A DNA stretch of 16,486 nt from Acidobacteriota bacterium (lineage in GTDB: Bacteria; Acidobacteriota; UBA6911; JACQSX01): NCBI GenBank assembly GCA_036507075.1, contig DASXQR010000157.1:1-16486 (forward strand), written 5' to 3'. Below the pieces are notes generated by a model. It saw nothing but the letters and a program-made list of their open reading frames with translations, was not told the origin of the DNA and did no database searches. Made by a program: the position numbers and the translations under genes. Below, one piece after another: positions 8,270 through 16,412 of the stretch (positions are counted from its first letter, which is position 1; each line of letters opens with the position of its first letter).

Positions 8270-9266
8270 AGAGATCAAGACGACCATTGTCGGAAGTTAT
8301 CCGGTTCCCTCGTGGCTGGCAGGGAACAGTTCGCGTGTCGATCTGCGAGACGCGATCCTGACGGTTTTGAAAACCCAGGAACTGGCAGGGCTGGATGTAA
8401 TCAGCGACGGGGAATTGGTGCGATTCGATCCCAGTCACCCGGAAACGAACGGAATGATCGACTACTTCGTCTCACAGTTGGAAGGTGTGCGAACCCGCTT
8501 TTCCCTGTCTGATCTCGAGCGCTTCCGCTGCGACCGGGGCCTCGATTACCGCGCTACTCCGGCCGGCATCGTCGTTGGAAAGATCGGTGAAGGAACTCTC
8601 AATCTTCCTTACGATTTCGATTGGGTGCGCCGGCTTACTGCGAGCCCGTTGAAGTTCACCTGTACCGGCCCGCATATGCTCGCCAAAGTCCTGACCAACC
8701 GCCACTATACGGGATTGCCTGAGCTGGCGATGGACCTGGCAGCGGTTTTGCGGAAACAGCTTGAACCGATCGATGCAGCGGTGGTTCAGTTGGACGAGGC
8801 CAATATCAGCGGACATCCGGAGGACAGCAAGTGGGCCGCCGAGGCTATAAACTACGTGCTCGACGGGATCCGGGCCGAGAAAGCGGTCCATATTTGCTTT
8901 GGCAATTACGGGGGTCAGACGATCCAGAAGGGTTTCTGGCGTGATCTGATCCCGTTTCTCAATTCGGTGCGAGCCGATCACTTCGTTCTCGAATTCGCGC
9001 GGCGCGGCTACGGGGAGATCGCCGATCTTCTCGAGGTCGATCCCAAGGTTGGCCTGGGAATCGGGGTTATCGACATCAAGGACAATGAAGTTGAAGAACC
9101 GGAACTGATCGCGCGCCGCCTCGAACAGATCGTGAGCACTCTGGGCGAGGGAAGGCTTCGCTATATCCATCCTGATTGCGGTCTCTGGATGCTGCATCGC
9201 AGCGTGGCGGATCGAAAGCTGCATGCCCTGGTGAAAGGAAGGGATTTATTTGAAGGCCGGAGCTAG
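8262..9266 (+). CDS. Cobalamin-independent methionine synthase II family protein (MetE catalytic-domain only)
   Basis: TTIVGSYP, QELAGLDVISDGE, VVQLDEA, Zn ligands HIC (HICFGN), LEFA and HPDCGL, and GVIDIK. At 334 aa it lacks the MetE N-terminal folate-binding domain. Confidence 0.88.
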   Translation: MLKEIKTTIVGSYPVPSWLAGNSSRVDLRDAILTVLKTQELAGLDVISDGELVRFDPSHPETNGMIDYFVSQLEGVRTRFSLSDLERFRCDRGLDYRATPAGIVVGKIGEGTLNLPYDFDWVRRLTASPLKFTCTGPHMLAKVLTNRHYTGLPELAMDLAAVLRKQLEPIDAAVVQLDEANISGHPEDSKWAAEAINYVLDGIRAEKAVHICFGNYGGQTIQKGFWRDLIPFLNSVRADHFVLEFARRGYGEIADLLEVDPKVGLGIGVIDIKDNEVEEPELIARRLEQIVSTLGEGRLRYIHPDCGLWMLHRSVADRKLHALVKGRDLFEGRS

Positions 9267-10422
9267 GATCAACCGCCGGGAATTTGCCCAGGGCGCCGTG
9301 ATGGCGCCTCTTCTTGGCCTGCGCGCGGGGCAAGCATCCGAATATCGCCGCTTCAGGGACAACGTGACCGGGGCGGTGATCCACCAGCTTACGTCGCACC
9401 CGTCTATTAATCACCCGACCTACTTTTTGACGTCTTCGTTCGCGCCCGACGGAAGGCATGTAATCTTCACGTCGTATCGATTCGGATCACCGCAATTGTA
9501 TGAGCTTGAATTTCCCGACGGCCCGATGCGGAGATTGACCGAAGGGGAAGGGTTGCATCCTTATTCGGCCGCGATCTCGCGGGATGGAAGTGAGGTTTTC
9601 TTCACGCGGAAAGGAACAGTTCAGGCCGTCCGCCGCAAGGACCTGTCGCTGAGGACCCTGCTTGCGATCGATGGGGGTCAGTTTGGAGAATGCTGCCTCA
9701 GTGCCGACGGCTTGTCGATCGTGACGGCTATGAAGCAAGGTTCGAAGAATGGCATAGCGCTGGCGAATACGGAGGGGAAACCCGGTCGCGTAGTTCTCTA
9801 TTTCCCGCGCACTATTATCCATCCACAGTTCCACCCGCTGGACAGCAATTGGATTGAGTTTTCAGGAGATCCGGCTCCGCGCATGCACAGGGTCCGGCGC
9901 GACGGAAGCGGCCTTGAGTGCCTCTACCAGCACGGCAACGATGAATTTGTGGTCCACGAGACTTTTTTGGGGCGCACCGGAGATATGGTCTTCACCATCT
10001 GGCCGAAGGCGCTCAAAAGAATAGGCTGGGTGAGCCGCAAGATCACTACCATCGCCGAATTCAATTCCTGGCACATCACGCCCAACAGAGCGGGAAGTGC
10101 GATCTTGTGTGACACCAATCATCCCGATATTGGATTGCAGTTGGTCGATGTTCGAAGCGGTCGCCGCCGCACCATTTGCCACCCTCGAAGTTCCAATGCC
10201 GGAAGCCAGTGGAAGAAGTCCCGCTACGCGTTGGAGGAGGACTGGGCTGCGGCTCGCCAGAAGGAACGCAAAGGCGCGCTCAGTTGGATGGAGATGCCCA
10301 CCGACACCGTCTACGGGCCTCAGTGGACGCACCCGCACCCTTCTTTCAGCCCCGACGAAAAACTCGCGGCCTACACCTCTGATGTGTCAGGTCATCCCCA
10401 GGTTTACGTAGTCGAACTCTGA
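9250..10422 (+). CDS. Oligogalacturonate lyase (Ogl)-family / TolB-like beta-propeller with putative Tat signal
   Basis: FRDNVTGAVIHQLT and HPTYF...FAPDGRHVIF N-terminus, IIHPQFHP, VVHETF, WH, and QWTHPHPSFSPD C-terminal metal motif, all typical of Ogl. N-terminal NRREF plus hydrophobic stretch. The TTG start is uncertain and overlaps the previous gene by 17 nt. Confidence 0.75.
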   Translation: MKAGARINRREFAQGAVMAPLLGLRAGQASEYRRFRDNVTGAVIHQLTSHPSINHPTYFLTSSFAPDGRHVIFTSYRFGSPQLYELEFPDGPMRRLTEGEGLHPYSAAISRDGSEVFFTRKGTVQAVRRKDLSLRTLLAIDGGQFGECCLSADGLSIVTAMKQGSKNGIALANTEGKPGRVVLYFPRTIIHPQFHPLDSNWIEFSGDPAPRMHRVRRDGSGLECLYQHGNDEFVVHETFLGRTGDMVFTIWPKALKRIGWVSRKITTIAEFNSWHITPNRAGSAILCDTNHPDIGLQLVDVRSGRRRTICHPRSSNAGSQWKKSRYALEEDWAAARQKERKGALSWMEMPTDTVYGPQWTHPHPSFSPDEKLAAYTSDVSGHPQVYVVEL

Positions 10423-10472
10423 TCAGGCGAATCCCCACAGCTCCACCGCCGTCAGTACCGCGGGCGTAAGAA

Positions 10473-10525
10473 CGTGAAAAAATCGACGCCACCGGGACAA
10501 GCCCGGTGGCGTCGATTTTTTCACG
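10473..10525. terminator. Perfect 24-bp hairpin; bidirectional intrinsic terminator-like / REP-like palindrome
   Basis: CGTGAAAAAATCGACGCCACCGGG-ACAAG-CCCGGTGGCGTCGATTTTTTCACG, with an A6 tract before and a T6 tract after the GC stem, 50 nt downstream of the ogl-like stop. Confidence 0.75.
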
Positions 10526-10650
10526 CAGGTTCTGCTTCGCCGCGAGCAAGCAGCAGAGCCGCTGATCTCATCCAAGTCTTTCCTCCAGTACCGAGGCCTG
10601 CTAAGATAACGACATTTCCCGTCCAATTTTGAAAGGTGTTATAGGGCAAC

Positions 10651-12018
10651 ATGTTTATGCATGGACAAAAATCACTTACTCCATTCTTAGTTTTTGCAAC
10701 GCTGTTCGTTCTTACCTTTCTGATCGCCGAAGGCTTGCCATCAGAAACTCCCGGGCCGGTGCCGGTGGTCATCCAGGATGCTCAGGTCTGGGATGGAACC
10801 GGTCGGAGTGTGATCAAAAACGCATTTATTGTGATCGAGGGCGATCGCATTAAGAGCGTCGGAACGAGCCGGGTCATTCCAAAAAACGCCAGGATCTTCC
10901 GAGCCTCAGGCAAAAACGTTGTCATCCCGGGTTTGATAACGGCGCACGGGCATGTCGGTATGACCAAAGGCCTGAAGGCAGGCCCCGAAAACTACAGTGA
11001 AGAAAACGTGCGGTCACAACTTAGACAATACGCCCGCTACGGCGTGGCGACCGTGATGAGCCTGGGCACAGACCTGGAATCGATGTTCAAGATTCGGGGC
11101 GTCGTCAGGCCCGACGAACCGGTGCGCGCGACTGTGTTGACCGCCGGGCGGGGCTTCACCGGGAAGAATGGCTACCCGGCTGTCTTGCCCGGCAACGCGG
11201 GCGTGCCGCGTGAAGTTGATTCGGTGGAAGAGATTCGACGGCACATCGGCGAGCTTGCAGCCCAACGCGTCGACATGGTCAAGATCTGGATGGACGACCA
11301 CTGGGGTCACTACAACAAAATTCGCCCGGAACTGGCCGTCGCCGTCATAGAGGAGGCACACAAGAAGAACCTGCGCGTCATGGCGCACATTTTTTACCTC
11401 GATGATGCAAAAAAACTTGTGGCGGCCGGGCTGGACGGGCTGGCCCACAGCGTGCGCGACAAGGAGGTCGACGAAGAGTTGATCCGGCTGATGAAGGAGA
11501 AGAATACGTTTGTGGTACCCACCCTTACTCGTGAGGAATCAACTTTCATTTACGCTGAGCCCCCTCCATTCCTCGATGATCCCTTTTTCAGCCGGCAAGT
11601 TTCGGCCGAAATAATCCAGGCGCTCAAGGATCCAGCCTACGGGAAGCGGATCAAGTCTGATCCCGATTTCCCGAAATATGCCGGCCAACTCAGAATGGCG
11701 CAAAGAAATCTAAAGAAGCTTTCCGACGCTGGAATCAAGATCGCGTTTGGAACCGACACAGGGCCGCCGGGTCGATTTCAGGGATACTTTGAGCATCGGG
11801 AGCTGGAGCTGATGGTCGAGGCAGGCTTGACGTCCGAGCAGGCATTGCTGGCTGCCACGCGAGATGCAGCGCAGGCTCTTCACATTGACCGCGACACGGG
11901 AACGCTTGAAGCGGGGAAGCGCGCCGACCTGCTGATGCTGGACGCCGACCCATTGCAGAACATTTTGAACACGCGCAAGATCCGCCAGATCTGGATCGCC
12001 GGCAGGGAAGTCTACTGA
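10651..12018 (+). CDS. Metal-dependent amidohydrolase (imidazolonepropionase-like superfamily) with N-terminal signal peptide
   Basis: VIPGLITAHGHVG (HxH), MVKIW (carbamylated Lys), VMAH, LAHS, FGTD and GTLEAGKRADLL motifs. Hydrophobic N-terminus. Confidence 0.9.
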   Translation: MFMHGQKSLTPFLVFATLFVLTFLIAEGLPSETPGPVPVVIQDAQVWDGTGRSVIKNAFIVIEGDRIKSVGTSRVIPKNARIFRASGKNVVIPGLITAHGHVGMTKGLKAGPENYSEENVRSQLRQYARYGVATVMSLGTDLESMFKIRGVVRPDEPVRATVLTAGRGFTGKNGYPAVLPGNAGVPREVDSVEEIRRHIGELAAQRVDMVKIWMDDHWGHYNKIRPELAVAVIEEAHKKNLRVMAHIFYLDDAKKLVAAGLDGLAHSVRDKEVDEELIRLMKEKNTFVVPTLTREESTFIYAEPPPFLDDPFFSRQVSAEIIQALKDPAYGKRIKSDPDFPKYAGQLRMAQRNLKKLSDAGIKIAFGTDTGPPGRFQGYFEHRELELMVEAGLTSEQALLAATRDAAQALHIDRDTGTLEAGKRADLLMLDADPLQNILNTRKIRQIWIAGREVY

Positions 12019-12019
12019 A

Positions 12020-12055
12020 GGGTTGCGGGTTTTCGGGTTGCGGGTTACGAGTTTT
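12020..12055 (+). repeat. 7-mer tandem run (GGGTTRC-like)
   Basis: GGGTTGC GGGTTTTC GGGTTGC GGGTTAC GAGTTTT immediately after the amidohydrolase stop. Confidence 0.75.
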
Positions 12056-12114
12056 GGTGCCTTGGTGTCTTGGTGGTTGAGATTTTTTTTACCACCAAGG
12101 CACCAAGACACCAA
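12054..12114. repeat. Inverted repeat built from 8-mer CACCAAG units (24-bp arms, 13-nt spacer)
   Basis: TTGGTGCCTTGGTGTCTTGGTGGT (12054-12077) and ACCACCAAGGCACCAAGACACCAA (12091-12114): 22/24 complementary. Confidence 0.92.
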
Positions 12115-12117
12115 GCC

Positions 12118-13056
12118 ATGAATCGTCGAGATTTTTTAAAGACCGGAGCCGCCGCCGCAATTGCAACCCGATTTGTCACTGCAGCGCCGCGCCGGGCGAA
12201 GTTCCAGATCGGCATTACTACCAATACGCGCGGCGGATGGGAAAGTGACCTGATCAAGTCCTTCCGCGAAGCATCCGAAGTGGGCTATCACGCGGTTGAA
12301 ACCTTCTACAATTACGTTCGGCCTTATTGGGATCGCCCTGGAGAGTTAAAGGAGATTCTCTCGCAACTGAACCTGCGCCTTGAGACCGTCTCAAACGGCG
12401 GTCCCATGATCATGCAGTTTGAAGATGCCGCTGCAGCCCGGCAGGTCATCGACGAGCATTTGCAACTGGTTCGATGGATCAAAGGATTCGGGTGCGATCA
12501 TTTGAAGATCAATACCGGCCGGCGGCGGCCGGAAGGCACCACGCAGGAGGATCTCCAGCAAATGGCCCGAACCATGAATGCGCTGGGTAAGACGATCAGC
12601 GCGGAGGGTTTGAAGTTTGGCGTGCATGCGCATCTCTGGACCCAGTTTCAGGATCGCAGCGAAATCGATCGCCTGATGGAGCTGACCGACGCCGCCCACG
12701 TTTTTCTGGTGGTTGATACGGGCCAGGTCACAATGGCGGGAATCGACCCGGTCGATCTGACCCGCCGATACGCGGACCGGATCATCGAATTTCATCTAAA
12801 GGATTGCAGGCCGGAAGATCGCGGCGGTCATAAAGGCCCGATACCGAAGCGAGAAGGCTACACGGATAAGGGCAAGCGCATTTTTTACGAGCTGGGAACG
12901 GGCGGCGTAGACTTTCCGGGAATACTAACCATTCTTAAGAAACACAACTGGAACGGGTGGCTGACCGTCGAACTCGACTCCAGCGACACCACCCCCAGGG
13001 AAAGCGCCGCCCAAAGCAAGCAGTACCTGGAAAAGGTTCTAAAGCTCCAGGTTTGA
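12118..13056 (+). CDS. Sugar phosphate isomerase/epimerase (xylose-isomerase-like TIM barrel, IolE-like) with Tat signal
   Basis: MNRRDFLKTGAAAAIA Tat signal; GYHAVET, GVHAH, VDTGQ, EFHLKD, ELGTGGVDF and GWLTVELD motifs. ATG 12118 is preferred over GTG 12070, which reads through the repeat. Confidence 0.88.
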   Translation: MNRRDFLKTGAAAAIATRFVTAAPRRAKFQIGITTNTRGGWESDLIKSFREASEVGYHAVETFYNYVRPYWDRPGELKEILSQLNLRLETVSNGGPMIMQFEDAAAARQVIDEHLQLVRWIKGFGCDHLKINTGRRRPEGTTQEDLQQMARTMNALGKTISAEGLKFGVHAHLWTQFQDRSEIDRLMELTDAAHVFLVVDTGQVTMAGIDPVDLTRRYADRIIEFHLKDCRPEDRGGHKGPIPKREGYTDKGKRIFYELGTGGVDFPGILTILKKHNWNGWLTVELDSSDTTPRESAAQSKQYLEKVLKLQV

Positions 13057-13079
13057 ACGGCAAAAATCCAAAAAGCCGG

Positions 13080-13105
13080 AACGGCGAAGGCGCGAAAGCG
13101 CGAAA
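13080..13105 (+). repeat. Three 8-mer units (half copy of the CRCNAA family)
   Basis: AAC-GGCGAAG-G-CGCGAAA-G-CGCGAAA downstream of the TIM-barrel stop. Confidence 0.5.
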
Positions 13106-13138
13106 TAGCCGGTTACGAGTGCGGGGCCTGGCCGCATT

Positions 13139-13603
13139 ATGAAGAAGTTTTGGCTGTGGCAGGTCCCAACCATCGGTTCCACCTTCGAATCGCTGTCGAG
13201 CTCCCTCAGCCGTCATCTGAATGTCGAGCAGGTAAGAACCGACTTCCGTCCAGCGCTGTAATTGTGCGGAAGGTAATATGAGGTAGCCAGGAAGAAAGTA
13301 CTCGAGATCCTCGGAAGAGTGGATCCAGATGTCTTTCTTCCGGCCGGCGAACCGGTCGCCAGTCTCGAGCGCAAGATCGGAGCAATGCACTGCCGCGCAC
13401 AGTCCGTCTTCGGCTTCAACCCGGGACTGCCGCGGCTCGATCATTCCTTTTCTCGTGTGGTTGTCCTTTCTCCGCGGTCGTCCCAGGCGGCAAAGATGGA
13501 TCAAGACCGATCACGTCGTCGACGTCTATCGTTGACGTGCACGTGCTCGTGGCCCGGTCCCCGGCTTTTTTTGTTGGGGCTCTGCCGGGCTGTGGTTTTG
13601 TAG
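13139..13603 (+). pseudogene. Possible degraded hypothetical gene
   Basis: ATG 13139 opens a frame MKKFWLWQVPTIG...FRPAL*LCGR*YEVARKKVLEILGRVDPDVFLPAGEPVASLERKIGAMH... that is continuous with ORF 13319..13603 except for two TAA stops (13259, 13274). No family recognised. Confidence 0.25.
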
Positions 13604-13625
13604 TGAAAAAGTTAGGAACGGAGGC

Positions 13626-14000
13626 TCAGCAGACTTCTTCGATCAACTTGATCTTCCACCACAAGACCTTTTCAAGATGCTCCAGGTTGAAGGGTTTGGT
13701 GATGTAGTCGAAGGCGCCCATGCGCAGCGCAGCGCGTCCGAGCTTTTCGTCATTTACGCCCGTAATGACAATGATGCCCAGATTTCCATTTTCTTTCTTG
13801 ATGGCGGAAAGGGCTTCCAGCCCTCCCATGTGAGGCATGTACATGTCCAGCAGAACCAGGTGGGGTTTTTCTTGGCGCGCCTTCTCGACCGCTTCCAGGC
13901 CGTTTGCAGCGGTCAGGACCTCGTAGTTTTTCTTCTCAAGGAATTTCTTCAGGAAGCGGCGAATTGCTTCCTCGTCGTCAACCACCAGAATTTTGGGCAT
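13626..14000 (-). CDS. Single-domain response regulator (CheY-like receiver)
   Basis: KILVVDDEE, LVLLDMYMP (phospho-Asp), VITG and YITKPF. No output domain. Confidence 0.94.
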   Translation of the reverse strand: MPKILVVDDEEAIRRFLKKFLEKKNYEVLTAANGLEAVEKARQEKPHLVLLDMYMPHMGGLEALSAIKKENGNLGIIVITGVNDEKLGRAALRMGAFDYITKPFNLEHLEKVLWWKIKLIEEVC

Positions 14001-14217
14001 ATTTGAACCGCGCCGGGGCGCTCCAGTCCGTGAAAATTTACGTCCAAGTGTTCAGTCCGGGTGTTATGCGGATCACACCCGTGCCAACTTTTTGCCGAAA
14101 TCCCGAGCCGCTTTGGGCACTTGGCTGCGCCGATGCTTGCGTTCACGTGGAAAGACGGGCCTGGTGTCTTTGGCGGTTAAATTGTCTTTGTATCGAGACG
14201 TCCGGCTTACGAGGGCG

Positions 14218-14226
14218 TGCCATAAT
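14218..14226 (+). promoter_or_regulatory. Candidate extended -10 promoter (leaderless transcript)
   Basis: TG-C-CATAAT followed by ACCGCC and the ATG at 14233. No SD upstream. Confidence 0.4.
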
Positions 14227-14232
14227 ACCGCC

Positions 14233-15765
14233 ATGGAATCGGACAACGGCTACCTGGTTTGGACCGATTTGGACCGGCCACTGCTGCGCTTTGAAGGAGA
14301 TTCCTGGACAGGAAGGGATTTCCTCGCTCAGGTCCGAAAGCTTTCACGCTTATTCTCGGATCGGGGCGTGAGAGCAGGAGAACGAGTGCTGTTTCTTCTG
14401 GAAAACTCGCCCCAGTTTCTCCTATCCATGCTTGCCATTCAAAAACTGGGCGCAACAGTTGTGCCGTTCAATCCCAGATCAACGGAGTTGGAGTGGCGCT
14501 ATGTCCTGCAGGATACCGACGCTGTCCTGGTGTTGAGTGAGAGCGCGTTGGCATTGCCGTCGGATAAACAGAACTTGACGCGCGTCGATCTCGACTCGAT
14601 CACTCAATCGGAAAGCCCGCGCTACGTGGCAGGGAAGGATGACTTGGAATTTGACCCGGCAGCGCCCGCGTTCATCTGCTACACGTCGGGCACTACGTCG
14701 CGGCCCAAAGGAGTGGTACTTTCGCATGCGAATGTTTTCGCTTGCCTGCGTTCTCTGAAAGTTGCCTGGCGGCGGACAAGAAACGATCGTTTGTTGCTTG
14801 CCCTGCCGCTGTTTCACGTCCACGGGCTGATTGTCGGCGCGCTCGGCTCACTCCGCGACGGGTCGGAAATCGTGCTGCACGCGCGGTTTGATCCTGCACG
14901 CGTGTTGCAGGATCTGATCGATGGCGCGTGCACTCTCTTTATGGGCGTGCCTGCGATGTACATCCAGTTGCTTGCCTGCGCCCGGGAACGAAAACGTCCC
15001 GAAGCGAATCTCCATCCCAATTTGCGAAAGATGAGGCTTTTCATTAGTGGATCCGCCCCTCTTCCGGCCGTGATCCACCAGGAGTGCGAGAGGATCTTTG
15101 GCCAAAAGATTCTGGAGCGTTACGGAATGACGGAATCTCTGATGGTTTTGTCAAATCCTTACGAGGGAGAGCGAAAGGCCGGCTCGGTTGGGTTTCCGCT
15201 GCCAGGAGTCGAAGTAAAGCTGGTAGACGAGGAAGGCGGCCCGGTCACGCGTGGAGAACTAGGCGAGATCTGGGTGCGAGGACCTGCCGTTTTTAAGGAA
15301 TACTGGAACATACGCGAAGCGACCAAAGAAGTTTTCTGTGACGGCTGGTTCAAGACAGGAGATGTGGCATACCAGGACTCGGACAGTTACTTTTTCATCG
15401 CCGGACGCAAATCGTTGGATATCATCAAGTGCTCGGGATTCAAGGTTTCCGCTCGCGAGATCGAGGAAAGACTGATGGAGATTCCTTCGGTCCGGGAGGC
15501 GGCCGTCGTCGGAGTTCCGGATGCGCTGCGCGGCGAACAGGTGATCGCGTTCATCCGTTGTCAAAATTCACCCGTTGAAGCCGGCGTTGCTTCGACGGCG
15601 AAAGCCTGCGATATTCTTCACACCGATCTGAGCCGGTTTCTTGAGACGCGACTGGCTCGCTACAAGCATCCCGCCTGGTATGTTTTTGTCGAGGCTCTGC
15701 CCAGAAATGCGATGGGGAAGGTCAGCAAGACAGCAGTGAAGGAACTGGCGCAATCAATGTTTTGA
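14233..15765 (+). CDS. AMP-forming acyl-CoA synthetase, malonyl-CoA synthetase (MatB/ACSF3)-like
   Basis: YTSGTTSRPKG AMP-binding loop, LPLFHVHGL, SGSAPL, ERYGMTE (MatB-type motif), GWFKTGD and LPRNAMGKV. ATG 14233 is preferred over the 13993 start, which overlaps the divergent gene. Confidence 0.88.
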   Translation: MESDNGYLVWTDLDRPLLRFEGDSWTGRDFLAQVRKLSRLFSDRGVRAGERVLFLLENSPQFLLSMLAIQKLGATVVPFNPRSTELEWRYVLQDTDAVLVLSESALALPSDKQNLTRVDLDSITQSESPRYVAGKDDLEFDPAAPAFICYTSGTTSRPKGVVLSHANVFACLRSLKVAWRRTRNDRLLLALPLFHVHGLIVGALGSLRDGSEIVLHARFDPARVLQDLIDGACTLFMGVPAMYIQLLACARERKRPEANLHPNLRKMRLFISGSAPLPAVIHQECERIFGQKILERYGMTESLMVLSNPYEGERKAGSVGFPLPGVEVKLVDEEGGPVTRGELGEIWVRGPAVFKEYWNIREATKEVFCDGWFKTGDVAYQDSDSYFFIAGRKSLDIIKCSGFKVSAREIEERLMEIPSVREAAVVGVPDALRGEQVIAFIRCQNSPVEAGVASTAKACDILHTDLSRFLETRLARYKHPAWYVFVEALPRNAMGKVSKTAVKELAQSMF

Positions 15766-15788
15766 TTAAGAGACTGTATTCAGGAATC

Positions 15789-15913
15789 GGAGAGACGGCC
15801 TGGGGGCCGTCTCAGGCGAACCAAAGCTTCACCCGAACGCGATGTATCCTGAGATGGCCCTCAGGCCGTCTCTCCTCACAGAATGCAAAACTCCCTGAGA
15901 CGGCCCGTTGGGC
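15789..15913. repeat. REPIN-like doublet of 28-nt palindromic REPs plus a partial third copy
   Basis: GGAGAGACGGCCTGGGGGCCGTCTCAGG (15789-15816) and its inverse CCTGAGATGGCCCTCAGGCCGTCTCTCC (15848-15875), 26/28 match, 31-nt spacer. Partial copy CCTGAGACGGCCC at 15894-15906. Confidence 0.85.
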
Positions 15914-15945
15914 GCGATATGATTTGAAAAGGAAGGATGTTTCTA

Positions 15946-16341
15946 ATGGCCGATAAAATAATCAAAAACGAAGACCAGTGGAAGAAGGAGCTGTCGCCCG
16001 AACAGTTTCAGGTGACGCGAAAAAAGGGCACCGAGCGCGCATTTTCCGGTGAGTACTGGGACAATCACGAAAAGGGAGTTTATCGGTGCGTCTGCTGTGG
16101 CAACGAACTGTTCAGCTCAGACACGAAATTTGAATCTGGCACAGGCTGGCCCAGTTTCTCCGCTCCTGTGAAGGAGGAAAACATCACCATCGAAACGGAC
16201 CGAAGCCTCTTCATGACTCGCACCGAAGTGCTGTGCAGCAGATGCGACGCCCACCTGGGTCATGTCTTTCCCGACGGCCCGGCGCCGACGGGCCAGCGCT
16301 ACTGCATGAATTCGGCTGCACTGAAATTCAAGAAGTCGTGA
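15946..16341 (+). CDS. msrB: Peptide-methionine (R)-S-oxide reductase
   Basis: [10 protein letters not shown], Zn motifs CVCC and [22 protein letters not shown] and [11 protein letters not shown]-like AGGAAGGA precedes ATG 15946. Confidence 0.97.
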   Translation: MADKIIKNEDQWKKELSPEQFQVTRKKGTERAFSGEYWDNHEKGVYRCVCCGNELFSSDTKFESGTGWPSFSAPVKEENITIETDRSLFMTRTEVLCSRCDAHLGHVFPDGPAPTGQRYCMNSAALKFKKS

Positions 16342-16357
16342 TCCCGAGCGGCGGTGT

Positions 16358-16385
16358 GGTCATAGGTCACCAGTCATCGGTCATA
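16358..16385 (+). repeat. 7-mer tandem run (RGTCAYM)
   Basis: GGTCATA GGTCACC AGTCATC GGTCATA just after the msrB stop. Confidence 0.7.
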
Positions 16386-16412
16386 CCTACCGGTCCGGAA
16401 CCTTCAAAAATC

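Noticed and set aside
10637..10650. Extended -10-like TGTTATAGG before the amidohydrolase ATG
   Set aside because: It lacks the conserved final T of the -10 hexamer, so support is too weak.
12070..12117. Longer N-terminus (MVVEIFFTTKAPRHQA) for the TIM-barrel protein
   Set aside because: It is a translation of the repeat; MNRRDFLK is a typical Tat start.
12935..13504. 189-aa minus-strand ORF as a confident gene
   Set aside because: It overlaps the TIM-barrel 3' end by about 120 nt, runs through a repeat, has no recognisable motif, and is the in-register antisense of a plus-strand frame.
13993..14232. 80-aa N-terminal extension of the acyl-CoA synthetase
   Set aside because: It overlaps the start of the divergent response regulator, has no domain-like character, and a promoter-like motif sits just before ATG 14233.
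375..15753. Numerous antisense and alternative-frame ORFs (e.g. 907-1476, 5238-5999, 8472-9224)
   Set aside because: Shadow ORFs expected in GC-rich DNA; they overlap well-supported genes and carry no motifs.
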